Shown: one piece after another, positions 31,252-42,059 of the stretch
Position numbering within the stretch: the stretch's first letter is position 1
Layout: every line of letters begins with the position of its first letter
Source of the DNA: Candidatus Omnitrophota bacterium
Lineage (GTDB): Bacteria; Omnitrophota; Gorgyraeia; JAHJTE01
Direction of reading: 5' to 3'
Length of the DNA stretch: 64,000 nucleotides
Assembly: GCA_018830005.1 (NCBI GenBank)
Contig: JAHJTE010000001.1
Coordinates: 773,624-837,623 of the forward strand
Translations under genes and position numbers: made by a program
The notes under the pieces: model-generated
What the model was told of the DNA's origin: nothing
The model's input: the letters and a program-made list of their open reading frames with translations, nothing else
Databases searched by the model: none

Positions 31252-32262
31252 ATGGTAAAGGTTGGGATAATTGGAGTTACAGGTTTTAGTGGCGAGGAAT
31301 TGTTGCGGATCTTACTTAAGCATGCGCATGCCTCTGTTGTCTCTGTCTCAGCAAAGATTGATGCTGAAATGCCTTTAGATGAGATTTATTCTGATCTGAA
31401 AACAAAGTTAGGCCTTACATGCGCAGAACCTGATATTGATGAGATATCAAAAAAATGCGATGTAATCTTTTTAGCCTTGCCCCATACTGTATCAATGAAA
31501 ATCGCGCCTTTGCTGCTTAAAAAAGGCAAATTAGTTATAGATTTGAGTGCTGACTATAGACTCGACGCCCCAACTTATGAAACCCATTATAAGGTTAAGC
31601 ATTTAGATCTGGATAATTTAGGAAAGGCTGTTTATGGTCTGCCGGAAATTAATCGCGACCTTATTAAGAAGACCAAGTTGATCGCTAACCCCGGCTGTTA
31701 TCCCACTGCAGCATTACTGGGAATTTTGCCGTTATTAAAGGCTGCTATATCAGTTGACTCTATTTATATTGATGCAAAATCAGGGATTAGTGGTGCGGGA
31801 AGAAAGCCAGAATTAAAATTAGATGAATTTAAAGAAAAAGGCAATCTTAAGGCATATAAGGTTAATAGTCATCAACATGCACCTGAGATTCTACAGCAAA
31901 TAAACAAGCTTACTAAGTCACGACCAGAATTAGTATTTGTGCCGCATCTAATTCCTGCGCAACGCGGCATACTAGAGACAATATACATAAGATGCAAGAT
32001 TCAAAAAGCAGAAAGTGCAATCACAGGATTATATAAGAAATTCTATAAGCATGAGCCGTTTGTGAGAGTGTTGGATGATGGAGTATTTCCTCAATTGCAG
32101 AATGTCGTTAATACTAATTTTTGCGAGATAGGACTAAAGGTTGAGGATGATCTTCTAATTGTTGTTAGCGCCATTGATAATCTGGTTAAAGGCGCTTCAG
32201 GTCAGGCTATACAGAATATGAACATTGCCTGTAGATTTAAGGAAACAGAGGGTCTGTTATGA
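31252..32262 (+). CDS. argC: N-acetyl-gamma-glutamyl-phosphate reductase
   Basis: VGIIGVTGFSGEEL and ..NPGCYPTA.. (active-site Cys) motifs. Confidence 0.9.
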   Translation: MVKVGIIGVTGFSGEELLRILLKHAHASVVSVSAKIDAEMPLDEIYSDLKTKLGLTCAEPDIDEISKKCDVIFLALPHTVSMKIAPLLLKKGKLVIDLSADYRLDAPTYETHYKVKHLDLDNLGKAVYGLPEINRDLIKKTKLIANPGCYPTAALLGILPLLKAAISVDSIYIDAKSGISGAGRKPELKLDEFKEKGNLKAYKVNSHQHAPEILQQINKLTKSRPELVFVPHLIPAQRGILETIYIRCKIQKAESAITGLYKKFYKHEPFVRVLDDGVFPQLQNVVNTNFCEIGLKVEDDLLIVVSAIDNLVKGASGQAIQNMNIACRFKETEGLL

Positions 32263-33407
32263 GTTCTAGTTTTAGTGCAATCACGCGAGCCAAGGGTTTT
32301 TTTGCAGCTGGCATATCCTGCGGTATAAAAAAATCTAATAAGAAAGATTTGGCACTTATCTTGTCAGTAAATAAGGCGCTTGCAACTGGTTTGTTTACTG
32401 CAAATAGCGTTAAGGCAGCTCCGCTTCTGGTCACTAGAGACCACCTTAAAAATGGTCGTGCACAAGCAATCCTGATAAATAGCGGCAATGCCAATTGTTT
32501 TACAGGAGTTGGAGGTTTAGCTGATGCCAGGAAAGTTGTACGTCTTGTGGCCAAGTGCTTAACGATAAAGACAGCTGATGTCCTGACAGCTTCGACTGGA
32601 ATAATCGCCAAGCCTTTACCATTGAATAAAATTATCCCCTCGATTCCCAGTCTTTGTTTGAAACTTAGAAGAGGAGGAGGTCAAGATGCGGCTTACGCGA
32701 TTCAGACAACAGATACCTTCTTAAAACAGGCAGCTAAAAGTTTTAAGATCGGAGCTAAGACCGTATCCATTGGAGCTATGGCAAAGGGCGCTGGTATGGT
32801 CTTTCCTCATCTTAGGGGCCATGCAACTACACTCTGCTTTATTACTACAGATGCTGATATCCAATATCGCGCCTTAAAAGAGGCATTAGGCTTTGCAGTT
32901 GAGGAATCATTTAATGCCATAACTATTGATGGCTGTATGAGCACCAATGATATGGTTTTGATCTTAGCAAACGCAGCAGCCAACAATCGCAAGATTAAAT
33001 TAGGCAGTAGAGAATTTTATAAATTTAGAGATATACTTAGCGGGATTTGCAAAGAATTAGCCAAGAAAGTAGTAGCTGATGCAGAAGGAGCGAGTAAATT
33101 CATAGAGATAAGAATAAAAGGCGCTAAGACACAGATACAGGCTAAGCAGGCCGCATTTGCTATTGCCAATTCAGCCTTGTTTAAAAGTGCTTGTTTTGGT
33201 GAAAATAAAAATATTGGCAGAATTGTTCAATCAGTGGGTGCTATAGGCATAAAACTTGAGGAGCGAAAGACAAAAATTAGCCTGAGTAACCTAAGAAGTA
33301 AAAATATCATAGTCGGAGTTGATTTAGGTCAGGGAAAATTCGATAGCGTGGTTTATACTTCGGATTTAACCCCAGCCTATGTGAAAATTAATGCCGGCTA
33401 TAATTAG
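32259..33407 (+). CDS. argJ: Bifunctional ornithine acetyltransferase / N-acetylglutamate synthase
   Basis: The ..HATTLCFITTDA.. autoproteolytic site corresponds to the ArgJ ATML motif. Confidence 0.85.
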   Translation: MSSSFSAITRAKGFFAAGISCGIKKSNKKDLALILSVNKALATGLFTANSVKAAPLLVTRDHLKNGRAQAILINSGNANCFTGVGGLADARKVVRLVAKCLTIKTADVLTASTGIIAKPLPLNKIIPSIPSLCLKLRRGGGQDAAYAIQTTDTFLKQAAKSFKIGAKTVSIGAMAKGAGMVFPHLRGHATTLCFITTDADIQYRALKEALGFAVEESFNAITIDGCMSTNDMVLILANAAANNRKIKLGSREFYKFRDILSGICKELAKKVVADAEGASKFIEIRIKGAKTQIQAKQAAFAIANSALFKSACFGENKNIGRIVQSVGAIGIKLEERKTKISLSNLRSKNIIVGVDLGQGKFDSVVYTSDLTPAYVKINAGYN

Positions 33408-33425
33408 GTACAAGGAATTAAAACC

Positions 33426-34286
33426 ATGCAAGAGATAGTAAGAAAAGCTGATATCTTAATCGAAGCGCTGCCATACATTAAGGCATTTCATAAGAAGATA
33501 CTGGTTATAAAATATGGCGGCAGCATCTTAGGTGATGATAAGATTCGCAAGGGTGTTTTAGAAGATATAGTATTCTTAAATTTTATGGGATTAAGACCTA
33601 TGCTTGTTCATGGAGGCGGACCTCATATCAGCGAGCGTATGAAAAAAGAGGGCAAGAAGGTAAGATTCATTGATGGAATCCGTATCACAGATAAGCAAAC
33701 ATTAAAAATCGTCATAGAGGAATTGGAAATAATAAACAAAAAAATTGTAGCAGAGTTCAAGGAATTGGGGGCAGATGCTAAAGGAATTACTGCAGGCCAA
33801 AAAAATATAATTAAGGTGAAAAGAAAACTATCTAAGCAGCGTAAAAGCTTAGGCTTTGTGGGTAAGATATCGGAAGTTAACGCAAGACCTTTGAAGAAAA
33901 TACTTGAACAAGATTCGATTCTCGTACTTTCTCCTATAGGCACAGGAGAAGACGGAAAGCAATACAATATAAATGCTGATGAGGTTGCGGCTCATTTAGC
34001 TGTTAGTCTAGGCGCTGAAAAACTTGTTTTGCTGACTAATGTAAAAGGTATAATGCGCAACCCCGAAGATAACCATTCATTTATTGCTACACTTAACATT
34101 GAAGAGGCCAGGCACTTGGTGAAAGAGAAGGTAATTCAGGAGGGTATGATTCCTAAGGTATCAGCAGCTATTGAGGCCATCAGTAAAGGAGTGGGCAAAG
34201 CGCATATAGTTGATGCTAGATTAAATCGCGCCCTGTTGCTTGAGATCTTTACAGAACAGGGTATAGGCACTGAAATTGTTAAGTAG
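33426..34286 (+). CDS. argB: Acetylglutamate kinase
   Basis: ..VIKYGGS.. and ..LVHGGGP.. amino-acid-kinase motifs. Confidence 0.9.
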   Translation: MQEIVRKADILIEALPYIKAFHKKILVIKYGGSILGDDKIRKGVLEDIVFLNFMGLRPMLVHGGGPHISERMKKEGKKVRFIDGIRITDKQTLKIVIEELEIINKKIVAEFKELGADAKGITAGQKNIIKVKRKLSKQRKSLGFVGKISEVNARPLKKILEQDSILVLSPIGTGEDGKQYNINADEVAAHLAVSLGAEKLVLLTNVKGIMRNPEDNHSFIATLNIEEARHLVKEKVIQEGMIPKVSAAIEAISKGVGKAHIVDARLNRALLLEIFTEQGIGTEIVK

Positions 34287-34313
34287 GGTTTAATTTCTAT
34301 AGTTGATGAGAAG

Positions 34314-35492
34314 ATGAAACAAGAAGAGATTTTCCAAAGCTACAAACAATACATAATGGGTACGTATACCCGCACACCATTAATTTTTACCAAAGGTAAA
34401 GGTAGTAAGCTCATTGATATTAATGGAAAGGAGTATCTTGATTTTTTCCCAGGCTGGGGTGTAAATAATCTAGGCCATTGTCATCCCAAAGTGATTGCAG
34501 CTGTCAAGGATCAGATAAAGAAATTGACATTTATTCCTAATAATTTTTATCATATTAATCAGGCGAAATTAGCACAAGAGATTAATTTCTGGAGCTTTGA
34601 TTCTAAGGTGTTCTTTTGTAATTCAGGTGCAGAGGCAAACGAGGCAGCCATAAAATTTTCAAGGGTTTATGGAAAGGGTAAGCGTAGCCAGATAATTAGT
34701 TTTTATAATTCTTTTCATGGCCGTACATTTGGTGCCCTTTCAGCAACCGGCCAGGAAAAATACAAAAAAGGCTTCCAGCCTTTATTGGCTGGTTTTAAGT
34801 TTGTAGAGTTTAACAATCTAGAGGCAGTTAAAAATGCCCTGACAGAAGATACTGTTGCTATTATGTTGGAATTGATTCAAGGTGAGGGCGGCATTAATGT
34901 AGCTGGGAAAGAATTCATTAAGGATTTGAGAAGACTCTGTGATGAAAAAAAGTTACTGTTAATAATTGATGAGGTTCAGACGGGCATGGGTAGAACCGGA
35001 GAGATGTTTTGCTTTAAGCATTACGCAGTCACGCCAGATATAATGACCTTGGCTAAGTCTTTGGGCGGTGGACTTCCGATTGGAGCAATGTTAGTAGCAA
35101 GACCGATTGCTGATATCCTAAAACCTGGTATGCATGCTTCAACATTCGGTGGCTCTCCTTTGGTGTCAAAAGCAGCCCTTGCTGTCTTTAGTGCAATCCA
35201 AAAGGAGAAGATGTTAAGCAATGCCAAAAAAATGGGTGAATATTTATTCGAGAGACTCAATGAGTTAAAGAGCAAGTTTAAGATTATAAAAGATATTCGA
35301 GGTTTAGGTCTGATGTGTGGTGTTGAACTTGAAATAGAAGGTAAGCCAATAGTTGATTTTTGCCTAACTCAAGGGCTGATAATAAATTGTACACAAGGCA
35401 AGGTCTTGCGGCTGATGCCCGCATTAAACATAGATAAAAAGAAAATAGATAAGGCGCTTAGGATTCTGAAATGCGCCTTAGAAAAACAATAG
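34314..35492 (+). CDS. argD: Acetylornithine aminotransferase (class III PLP aminotransferase)
   Basis: ..IIDEVQTGMGRTG.. and the PLP-Lys motif ..LAKSLGGGLPIGA.. Confidence 0.85.
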   Translation: MKQEEIFQSYKQYIMGTYTRTPLIFTKGKGSKLIDINGKEYLDFFPGWGVNNLGHCHPKVIAAVKDQIKKLTFIPNNFYHINQAKLAQEINFWSFDSKVFFCNSGAEANEAAIKFSRVYGKGKRSQIISFYNSFHGRTFGALSATGQEKYKKGFQPLLAGFKFVEFNNLEAVKNALTEDTVAIMLELIQGEGGINVAGKEFIKDLRRLCDEKKLLLIIDEVQTGMGRTGEMFCFKHYAVTPDIMTLAKSLGGGLPIGAMLVARPIADILKPGMHASTFGGSPLVSKAALAVFSAIQKEKMLSNAKKMGEYLFERLNELKSKFKIIKDIRGLGLMCGVELEIEGKPIVDFCLTQGLIINCTQGKVLRLMPALNIDKKKIDKALRILKCALEKQ

Positions 35493-35503
35493 AGAGTGAA
35501 ATT

Positions 35504-36418
35504 ATGAAAAAGGATTTTATTTCAATAAAGGATTTAAGCTATGAGGATATTAATCACATATTTGAATTAACGCGTGAATTGAAAAAGGGGCCTCAGGCTT
35601 TTAAAAATTCTTTGGCTGATAAGTCAATAATTTTAGTATTTGAGAAGCCATCCAGTAGAACGCGCGTCTCTTTTGAGGTGGGTATCTGGCAATTAGGAGC
35701 CAAATGTATATATTTAGGCCAGCAGAATGCGCGTTTAGGTGTGCGTGAATCAATAAAAGATATGGCACACACCTTAAGTCGCTATGTGGATGCAATCGTT
35801 TTACGTACATTTTCTCATAAGTTATTAGAGGATTTAGCTCATTATGCCAGTATCCCGGTGGTAAATGCCTTGACGGATTTATTGCACCCCTGTCAGGCAT
35901 TATCTGATGTCTATACCTTGACTGAGAAATTTTCAAATCTTGACAACAAGACAATTGCCTTTGTGGGTGATGGAAATAATGTCTGTCATAGCCTGATAAT
36001 TATCTGTTCTAAGTTGGGGATTAATTTAAATATTGCAACGCCAAAGAAATTTGCTCCTAAACCGCAGATAATCAAAGAGGCAAAGGAATCTGCTAAGAAT
36101 GATGCAGGAATAAACTTGTTTAACGATGCAGTCAGCGCAGTCAAAGGCGCTGATGTAATTTATACTGATGTCTGGACAAGCATGGGCAAGGAAAGCGAGG
36201 CAAAGAAAAGAATAAAGGCGTTTAAGGCATTCCAGATAAATAAAGATCTGATTGATGATAGTGGTAAGGATGTCCTTATAATGCATTGCCTGCCTGCACA
36301 TCGGGGCGAGGAAATAACGGATGAGGTTATTGATGGTCAAAACTCAATTGTATTTGACCAGGCGGAGAATAGATTGCATGTGCAAAAGGCAATACTTCTG
36401 GAGCTTCTAAAAAACTAG
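35504..36418 (+). CDS. argF: Ornithine carbamoyltransferase. The start MKKDF.. lies at 35504, with an SD-like gagtgaa upstream; the ORF-track start at 35471 overlaps argD.
   Basis: STRTR (carbamoyl-phosphate binding), HCLP and ..DVWTSMG.. motifs. Confidence 0.85.
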   Translation: MKKDFISIKDLSYEDINHIFELTRELKKGPQAFKNSLADKSIILVFEKPSSRTRVSFEVGIWQLGAKCIYLGQQNARLGVRESIKDMAHTLSRYVDAIVLRTFSHKLLEDLAHYASIPVVNALTDLLHPCQALSDVYTLTEKFSNLDNKTIAFVGDGNNVCHSLIIICSKLGINLNIATPKKFAPKPQIIKEAKESAKNDAGINLFNDAVSAVKGADVIYTDVWTSMGKESEAKKRIKAFKAFQINKDLIDDSGKDVLIMHCLPAHRGEEITDEVIDGQNSIVFDQAENRLHVQKAILLELLKN

Positions 36419-36443
36419 GCTGTTTTGAAATGGAGAATTTGAA

Positions 36444-37628
36444 ATGTCAAAAAATATCGTTTTAGCTTATTCCGGAGGATTGGATACGTCCTGTTGTATC
36501 AGTTGGCTTAAAGAGCAGGGCTACAAAGTTTTTTGTTTTATTGCCGATGTTGGCCAGGATGAGGATTTGGCAAAGATAAAGCAAAGGGCCTTAAATATCG
36601 GCGCTGAGGATGTTATTATCCGCAATTTAAAGCAGGAATTTGTCAACGACTACATTTTACCGACTTTAAAAGCCGGCGCAATTTATGAAGAGAAGTACTT
36701 ATTGGCAACGGCATTATCGCGGCCATTGATTGGGAAGCATCTTGTCGATGTAGCCCATAAAGTCGGCGCTTCTAGCCTTGCTCATGGCTGTACCGGCAAA
36801 GGCAATGACCAGGTGCGCTTTGAAGTGGCAGTTTCTGTCCTGGCTCCAAAGCTCGAAGTCATCGCTCCTTTGAGACTTTGGGAATTAAAATCAAGAGAAG
36901 AGGAAATTAAATACGCCAAGCAAAAAAATATCCCGCTTTCAGTTAGCAAGAAAAAGCTTTACAGTATTGACAAGAATCTTTGGGGTGTAAGTATTGAAGG
37001 CTCTAAATTAGAAAATATAAATACTGAACCACCTGAGGGTTGCTATCAGTGGACCAAAACATCTAAGTCCAAGAGCGGCAATAAAAAATATTTGCTTATT
37101 GAATTTAAGAAGGGTGTGCCTACTAAATTGAACGCAAAGCAGATGCCTCTTATTAAGATCATTCAGGAATTAAATGAGATTGGTGCAAGTTTTGGAATCG
37201 GAAGAACGGATTTGATTGAAGATCGGCTTGTAGGCATAAAATCTCGCGAGATTTATGAGGCGCCGGCGGGTTGGATTCTATATACTGCACACAAAGAACT
37301 TGAGAGTCTAACCCTTGATAAGGACACCATAAATCTAAAAATGCTCTTGGCTGCTAAATATGCGCAATTAGTCTATGATGGTTTATGGTTTTCGTCTTTA
37401 AAGGAATCGCTAGATGCCTTTATGACTCATACTCAAAAAAATGTAAGCGGTGTTATCAAATTAAAGCTTACAAAAGGAAATTGTGTCTGCGTTGGGAGAA
37501 AATCGCCACACGCCCTTTACAGTAAGGAAATGGCAACATATTCTAAGGATGATAAGTTTGACCATACAGCAGCAGAAGGATTTATTAAAATCTGGAGCCT
37601 TCCCTATAAAGGCAAGAAAAAAGGATGA
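36444..37628 (+). CDS. argG: Argininosuccinate synthase
   Basis: AYSGGLDTS PP-loop; 394 aa. Confidence 0.9.
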   Translation: MSKNIVLAYSGGLDTSCCISWLKEQGYKVFCFIADVGQDEDLAKIKQRALNIGAEDVIIRNLKQEFVNDYILPTLKAGAIYEEKYLLATALSRPLIGKHLVDVAHKVGASSLAHGCTGKGNDQVRFEVAVSVLAPKLEVIAPLRLWELKSREEEIKYAKQKNIPLSVSKKKLYSIDKNLWGVSIEGSKLENINTEPPEGCYQWTKTSKSKSGNKKYLLIEFKKGVPTKLNAKQMPLIKIIQELNEIGASFGIGRTDLIEDRLVGIKSREIYEAPAGWILYTAHKELESLTLDKDTINLKMLLAAKYAQLVYDGLWFSSLKESLDAFMTHTQKNVSGVIKLKLTKGNCVCVGRKSPHALYSKEMATYSKDDKFDHTAAEGFIKIWSLPYKGKKKG

Positions 37629-37635
37629 AGTAAAC

Positions 37636-39021
37636 ATGGCTAAGAAATTATGGGGTTCAAGATTCAAGAAATCTACAAGTAAAATTGCGGATAAATTCAC
37701 ATCCAGCATAGCCTTTGACAAAAGATTAGCCGTTTATGACATTGAAGGAAGCATTGCCCATGTGAAAATGCTGGCGGCTTGTAAGATTCTAACAAAGGCA
37801 GAAACCAAAAAGATTGTAAGCGGGCTCAGGAGCCTATTATCACAATTACAGCTGGGTAAGTTCAAATTTGATTTTGCATGCGAGGATATTCATAGCAATA
37901 TCCAAAATGCCCTAAAGAAAAAAATAGGTAAAGTCGCTGATAAGTTGCATACTGCGCGTTCTCGAAACGATCAGGTAGTGTTGGATATTAAGATGTATTG
38001 TAAGGATATAATCGATGATTTGGTGTATGAATTGGTCCTCCTGGAGAAGCAGATTTTGAAGTTTGCCAAGGAAAATATTGATTGCATCTTGCCTTTCTAT
38101 ACGCATCTGCAGCCTGCCCAGCCTGTACTTTTAGCACATTATCTTGCGGCATATCTTGAGATGTTTGAAAGAGATAAGGCAAGATTGGAATCTGCAAAAG
38201 AATCATGTGATATTATGCCTCTGGGGAGCTGTGCCTTAGCTGGGACAGGTTTGGCTATCGATCGTTTTTTTGTCGCTAAAGAGCTAGGTTTTAGCAAGGT
38301 TACCAAAAATAGCATTGACACTGTAAGCGATAGAGATTTTATCCTTGATCTACTTTCTGCTGTGGTAATACTTTCTATACATTTCTCTAGAATCTCGGAG
38401 GATTTGATTATTTGGTCGACTAAAGAATTCTCGTTTGTTGATATTGACTGGTCACTTTGTACAGGCTCTAGTATTATGCCGCATAAGAAGAATCCGGATT
38501 GCTTAGAGCTTGTTCGCGGTAGCGCTGGTAAAATCCAGTCAGACTTAAGCGCAGTATTGATTATGCTAAAAGGCCTGCCGCTTTCCTATAACAGAGATAT
38601 GCAGCTAGACAAAGAACCTCTCTTTGATGCTGTAGAAAGAATCGATGTGATATTGGAAATCTTCAAAGAGATATTTAAGGCGATGAAGGTTAATACACAT
38701 AAATTAAGAGAGAAATTGCTTGATGAGTCGCTCTACTGTGTAGACATCATGGAATATCTCATCAGCAAAGGACTCTCTTATCGAGATGCCCATGATACAG
38801 TGGGTAGATTGGTTAAGAATACACTGGATAAGAATAAAAAGATAAGCTCCCTTACATTAAAAGAATTAAAGAAATTCTCCAAGCTTTTCGACAACAAGGT
38901 ATATAACTTGCTTAATGCAGAAGTTTCTGTAAATCGCAAAAAGACATATGGCGGTACAGCAAAGAAGAACGTAGTTAATGCCCTAAAAGATATGGAGAAG
39001 AGGATTGCTCTAGGAAAATAG
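37636..39021 (+). CDS. argH: Argininosuccinate lyase. The start MAKKLWGSRF lies at 37636; the ORF-track start at 37483 is an in-frame 5' extension overlapping argG.
   Basis: MAKKLWGSRF.. N-terminus and fumarate-lyase signature region ..GSSIMPHKKNPD.. Confidence 0.9.
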   Translation: MAKKLWGSRFKKSTSKIADKFTSSIAFDKRLAVYDIEGSIAHVKMLAACKILTKAETKKIVSGLRSLLSQLQLGKFKFDFACEDIHSNIQNALKKKIGKVADKLHTARSRNDQVVLDIKMYCKDIIDDLVYELVLLEKQILKFAKENIDCILPFYTHLQPAQPVLLAHYLAAYLEMFERDKARLESAKESCDIMPLGSCALAGTGLAIDRFFVAKELGFSKVTKNSIDTVSDRDFILDLLSAVVILSIHFSRISEDLIIWSTKEFSFVDIDWSLCTGSSIMPHKKNPDCLELVRGSAGKIQSDLSAVLIMLKGLPLSYNRDMQLDKEPLFDAVERIDVILEIFKEIFKAMKVNTHKLREKLLDESLYCVDIMEYLISKGLSYRDAHDTVGRLVKNTLDKNKKISSLTLKELKKFSKLFDNKVYNLLNAEVSVNRKKTYGGTAKKNVVNALKDMEKRIALGK

Positions 39022-39023
39022 TC

Positions 39024-40283
39024 ATGCATGATTTTAAATTTATAAAGGATAGGCTTTTTTGTGAAGGTGTTCCCGTAATGAAAATCGCCAAGGAATTCAA
39101 GACACCTTTGTATATTTATAGCTACAAGACGATAATTGAACATTTTCATAAATTATATAGTGCATTTTCAGATTTTAAGCCTTTAATCTGTTATTCCCTG
39201 AAGGCAAACTCTAATCTTAGTATAGCCAGGGTGCTCCTTAAACAGGGGGCAGGGCTTGACATTGTCTCTGGTGGTGAACTATATAAGGCCCTAAAGATCG
39301 GCGCTAGTCCACGTAGAATAGTCTATGCATCTGTTGGAAAGACAGAAGAAGAGATTACTAGGGCAATTCAGGTGGGAATCTTATTTTTTAATGTCGAATC
39401 AGATTCAGAGTTAAGGGTTATCAATCGCATAGCAGGCCAACTAGGCAAAATTGTACAGGTAGCGATTCGTATTAATCCAGATATCGAACCGCAGACCCAT
39501 GAGTATATTACTACTGGTAAACTAACTAATAAATTCGGAGTCAGCCTTGATCTGGCGCGAAGGATATTCATAAATAGAGGTAGCTTTCCTAATATTAAGT
39601 TTAATGCTGTTCATATGCATATTGGGTCTCAGATTATTAGTAGTCGTCCTTTTATTGGAGCAATCAGGCGAGTCCTTGATTTTGTCCTAGAGTTGCTTTC
39701 ATTGGGGATCAAAATAGAATATTTGAATATTGGCGGTGGTCTGGGTATTATTTATAAGAACGAAAAACCACAGACTGCACATCAATTTTCAAAGAATATC
39801 AGTGGTCTCTTAAGAAGGGCTAACTTGAAAATAATTTTGGAGCCAGGTAGATTTATTGTTGGAAACGCCGGTATTTTGGTTACCAAGGTAATCTACGTAA
39901 AGAAAAACCATAAAAAAATATTCGTTATAGTGGATGCTGGAATGAATGATTTAATGAGGCCAGCCTTGTATGGGGCATACCACGATATACTGCCTTTAGC
40001 GAGACGAAATAATAGAGGTAAGGTTAGTGTAGATGTAGTAGGTCCTATTTGTGAGAGCGCTGACTTTTTGGCCAAGAATAGAAAAATACAGAAGGTCTCT
40101 GAAGGTGAGCTATTGGCAGTGATGAGTACAGGTGCCTATGGCTTCTCTATGGCGAGTAATTATAATTCGCGCCTTCAACCAGCAGAGGTATTGGTTAAGG
40201 GTAAGAATAGCTATCTTATAAGAGAACGGCAGAATTTCAAAGATTTAATTAAGGGTGAGCATATCGTTAAGTTTTTGGAATAG
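39024..40283 (+). CDS. lysA: Diaminopimelate decarboxylase
   Basis: Orn/DAP/Arg decarboxylase family 2 motifs (..YSLKAN.., ..GGG.., ..PICESAD..); placed with the dap genes. Confidence 0.8.
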   Translation: MHDFKFIKDRLFCEGVPVMKIAKEFKTPLYIYSYKTIIEHFHKLYSAFSDFKPLICYSLKANSNLSIARVLLKQGAGLDIVSGGELYKALKIGASPRRIVYASVGKTEEEITRAIQVGILFFNVESDSELRVINRIAGQLGKIVQVAIRINPDIEPQTHEYITTGKLTNKFGVSLDLARRIFINRGSFPNIKFNAVHMHIGSQIISSRPFIGAIRRVLDFVLELLSLGIKIEYLNIGGGLGIIYKNEKPQTAHQFSKNISGLLRRANLKIILEPGRFIVGNAGILVTKVIYVKKNHKKIFVIVDAGMNDLMRPALYGAYHDILPLARRNNRGKVSVDVVGPICESADFLAKNRKIQKVSEGELLAVMSTGAYGFSMASNYNSRLQPAEVLVKGKNSYLIRERQNFKDLIKGEHIVKFLE

Positions 40284-40292
40284 AGTCTTTCA

Positions 40293-41099
40293 ATGAAAAT
40301 TGAGCTGAAAAAATTTTCCGCAAGTGGAAACACATTTTATTTACTTGATACTTCCAAATATTCATTCGACTATAAGCCTTCAGAACTTGCTAGGAACGTA
40401 TGCTTAAAGTCAGGAAAGGTTGATGTAGATGGCTTACTCATCATAGAGCATTCCAAAAATTGCGACATTAAAATGCGCATTTTTAATCCAGATGGCTCTG
40501 AGGCTGAGATGTGCGGTAACGGCGCAAGATGTGTAGCATTTTATTTGAGTCGCCTAGATAGGAAAGATCTAAGAATCGAGACAATGGTTGGTATAATTCA
40601 GGCAGAAGTAAGCTCCGGGCATGTAAGAATCAAGCTGACTGACCCATCTGATATTAAGCTTAATATGCCGTTAGAGGTCAATGCCCGCATGATTCACGTT
40701 AGTTCTATAGATACAGGTGTGCCGCACGTAGTTGTTTTTGTCAATGCCCTCTCCAGAATAGATGTTGCTTGTATCGGGGCAATGATAAGAAATCATGAGA
40801 GATTTGCTCCCCGCGGCACAAATGTTGATTTTGTTGAGATTAGGAGCTTTGATTCTTTAGCAGTACGTACGTATGAACGTGGCGTTGAATCTGAAACGCT
40901 TGCTTGCGGTACTGGTATTGTAGCCAGCGTCCTTATAAGTTATCGTCTTTCTTTTATTCGCAGTAGAAAGATTAATGTTAAGCCTACTTCGCAAGAACTC
41001 TTAACAGTTGAATTTGAATACGAGAAGGGAAATTTTAGCGATATATGGTTAGAAGGTAGGGTGCAGAAACTAACGGGAAAGAAAATAGAAGTCTCCTAA
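40293..41099 (+). CDS. dapF: Diaminopimelate epimerase
   Basis: ..NPDGSEAEMCGNGARC.. and ..LACGTG.. catalytic Cys motifs. Confidence 0.85.
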   Translation: MKIELKKFSASGNTFYLLDTSKYSFDYKPSELARNVCLKSGKVDVDGLLIIEHSKNCDIKMRIFNPDGSEAEMCGNGARCVAFYLSRLDRKDLRIETMVGIIQAEVSSGHVRIKLTDPSDIKLNMPLEVNARMIHVSSIDTGVPHVVVFVNALSRIDVACIGAMIRNHERFAPRGTNVDFVEIRSFDSLAVRTYERGVESETLACGTGIVASVLISYRLSFIRSRKINVKPTSQELLTVEFEYEKGNFSDIWLEGRVQKLTGKKIEVS

Positions 41100-41150
41100 T
41101 TTTATCTTTTATCCGTCAATAATCTTGACGGTTTCATTGAAGGAGAGGAC

Positions 41151-42047
41151 ATGAAAGCAGTTAATATTAAAGGGTCTATGGTAGCCATGGTGACTCCATT
41201 TTCTGCTCAGGCTGATACTATTGATGAAAAGAAGTTAACTGAGCTTGTAAACTGGCATATTGAACAAGGAACAGATGGTATTGTTCCTTGCGGCACAACT
41301 GGTGAGTCTCCTACGCTTTCCTTTCAAGAACATGAAAGGGTTATTGAGATTGTGATCTCTGCTGCTAGAGGAAAGATACCGGTAATTGCAGGGACTGGCT
41401 CAAACTCGACAAAAGAGGCAATCACGCTAACACAAAAAGCTCAAAAGGCAGGCGCAAATGCCTCTTTGCAAGTAACGCCTTATTATAACAAGCCAACCCA
41501 GGAAGGATTGTATCAGCATTTTAAGGCAGTTGCTGATTCAGTTGATATTCCGATTATTCTTTATAATATTGTTGGACGCACTGCAAGAAACATTGAACCA
41601 GAGACAATTGCCAGGCTTTGTGAGACTTGTTCAAATATTATTGGAGTCAAGGAGGCCTCTGGTTCCCTAGAACAGATGGAGCGCACTAAGGCGATTTGCC
41701 CTAAAGATTTTTTACTTATTTCCGGCGATGATAGTCTGACCTTGCCGCTTCTCTCCATTGGTGGCGTTGGTGTGATATCAGTAGCTGCCAATATTGTTCC
41801 GACTGAAGTCAAGAATCTCTGCGAGAGTTTTTCTAAGGGGGATATAGAAGAGGCACGGAAGTTGCATTATAGGCTACTGCCTTTAATCAAGGCATTATTT
41901 ATTGAAACCAATCCCATACCAGTTAAGACAGCTATGGGAATTTTAGGTATGTGCGAGCCAAGTTTAAGACTTCCAATGTGTTCTATGGACCTTAAAAATT
42001 TAGAGGTTTTAAAACAAGCGTTAAAGGAACACGGTCTTACTAAATGA
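41151..42047 (+). CDS. dapA: 4-hydroxy-tetrahydrodipicolinate synthase
   Basis: ..VPCGTTGES.. and the Schiff-base Lys region ..GVKEASG.. Confidence 0.85.
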   Translation: MKAVNIKGSMVAMVTPFSAQADTIDEKKLTELVNWHIEQGTDGIVPCGTTGESPTLSFQEHERVIEIVISAARGKIPVIAGTGSNSTKEAITLTQKAQKAGANASLQVTPYYNKPTQEGLYQHFKAVADSVDIPIILYNIVGRTARNIEPETIARLCETCSNIIGVKEASGSLEQMERTKAICPKDFLLISGDDSLTLPLLSIGGVGVISVAANIVPTEVKNLCESFSKGDIEEARKLHYRLLPLIKALFIETNPIPVKTAMGILGMCEPSLRLPMCSMDLKNLEVLKQALKEHGLTK

Positions 42048-42059
42048 GGTTTAGTTAAA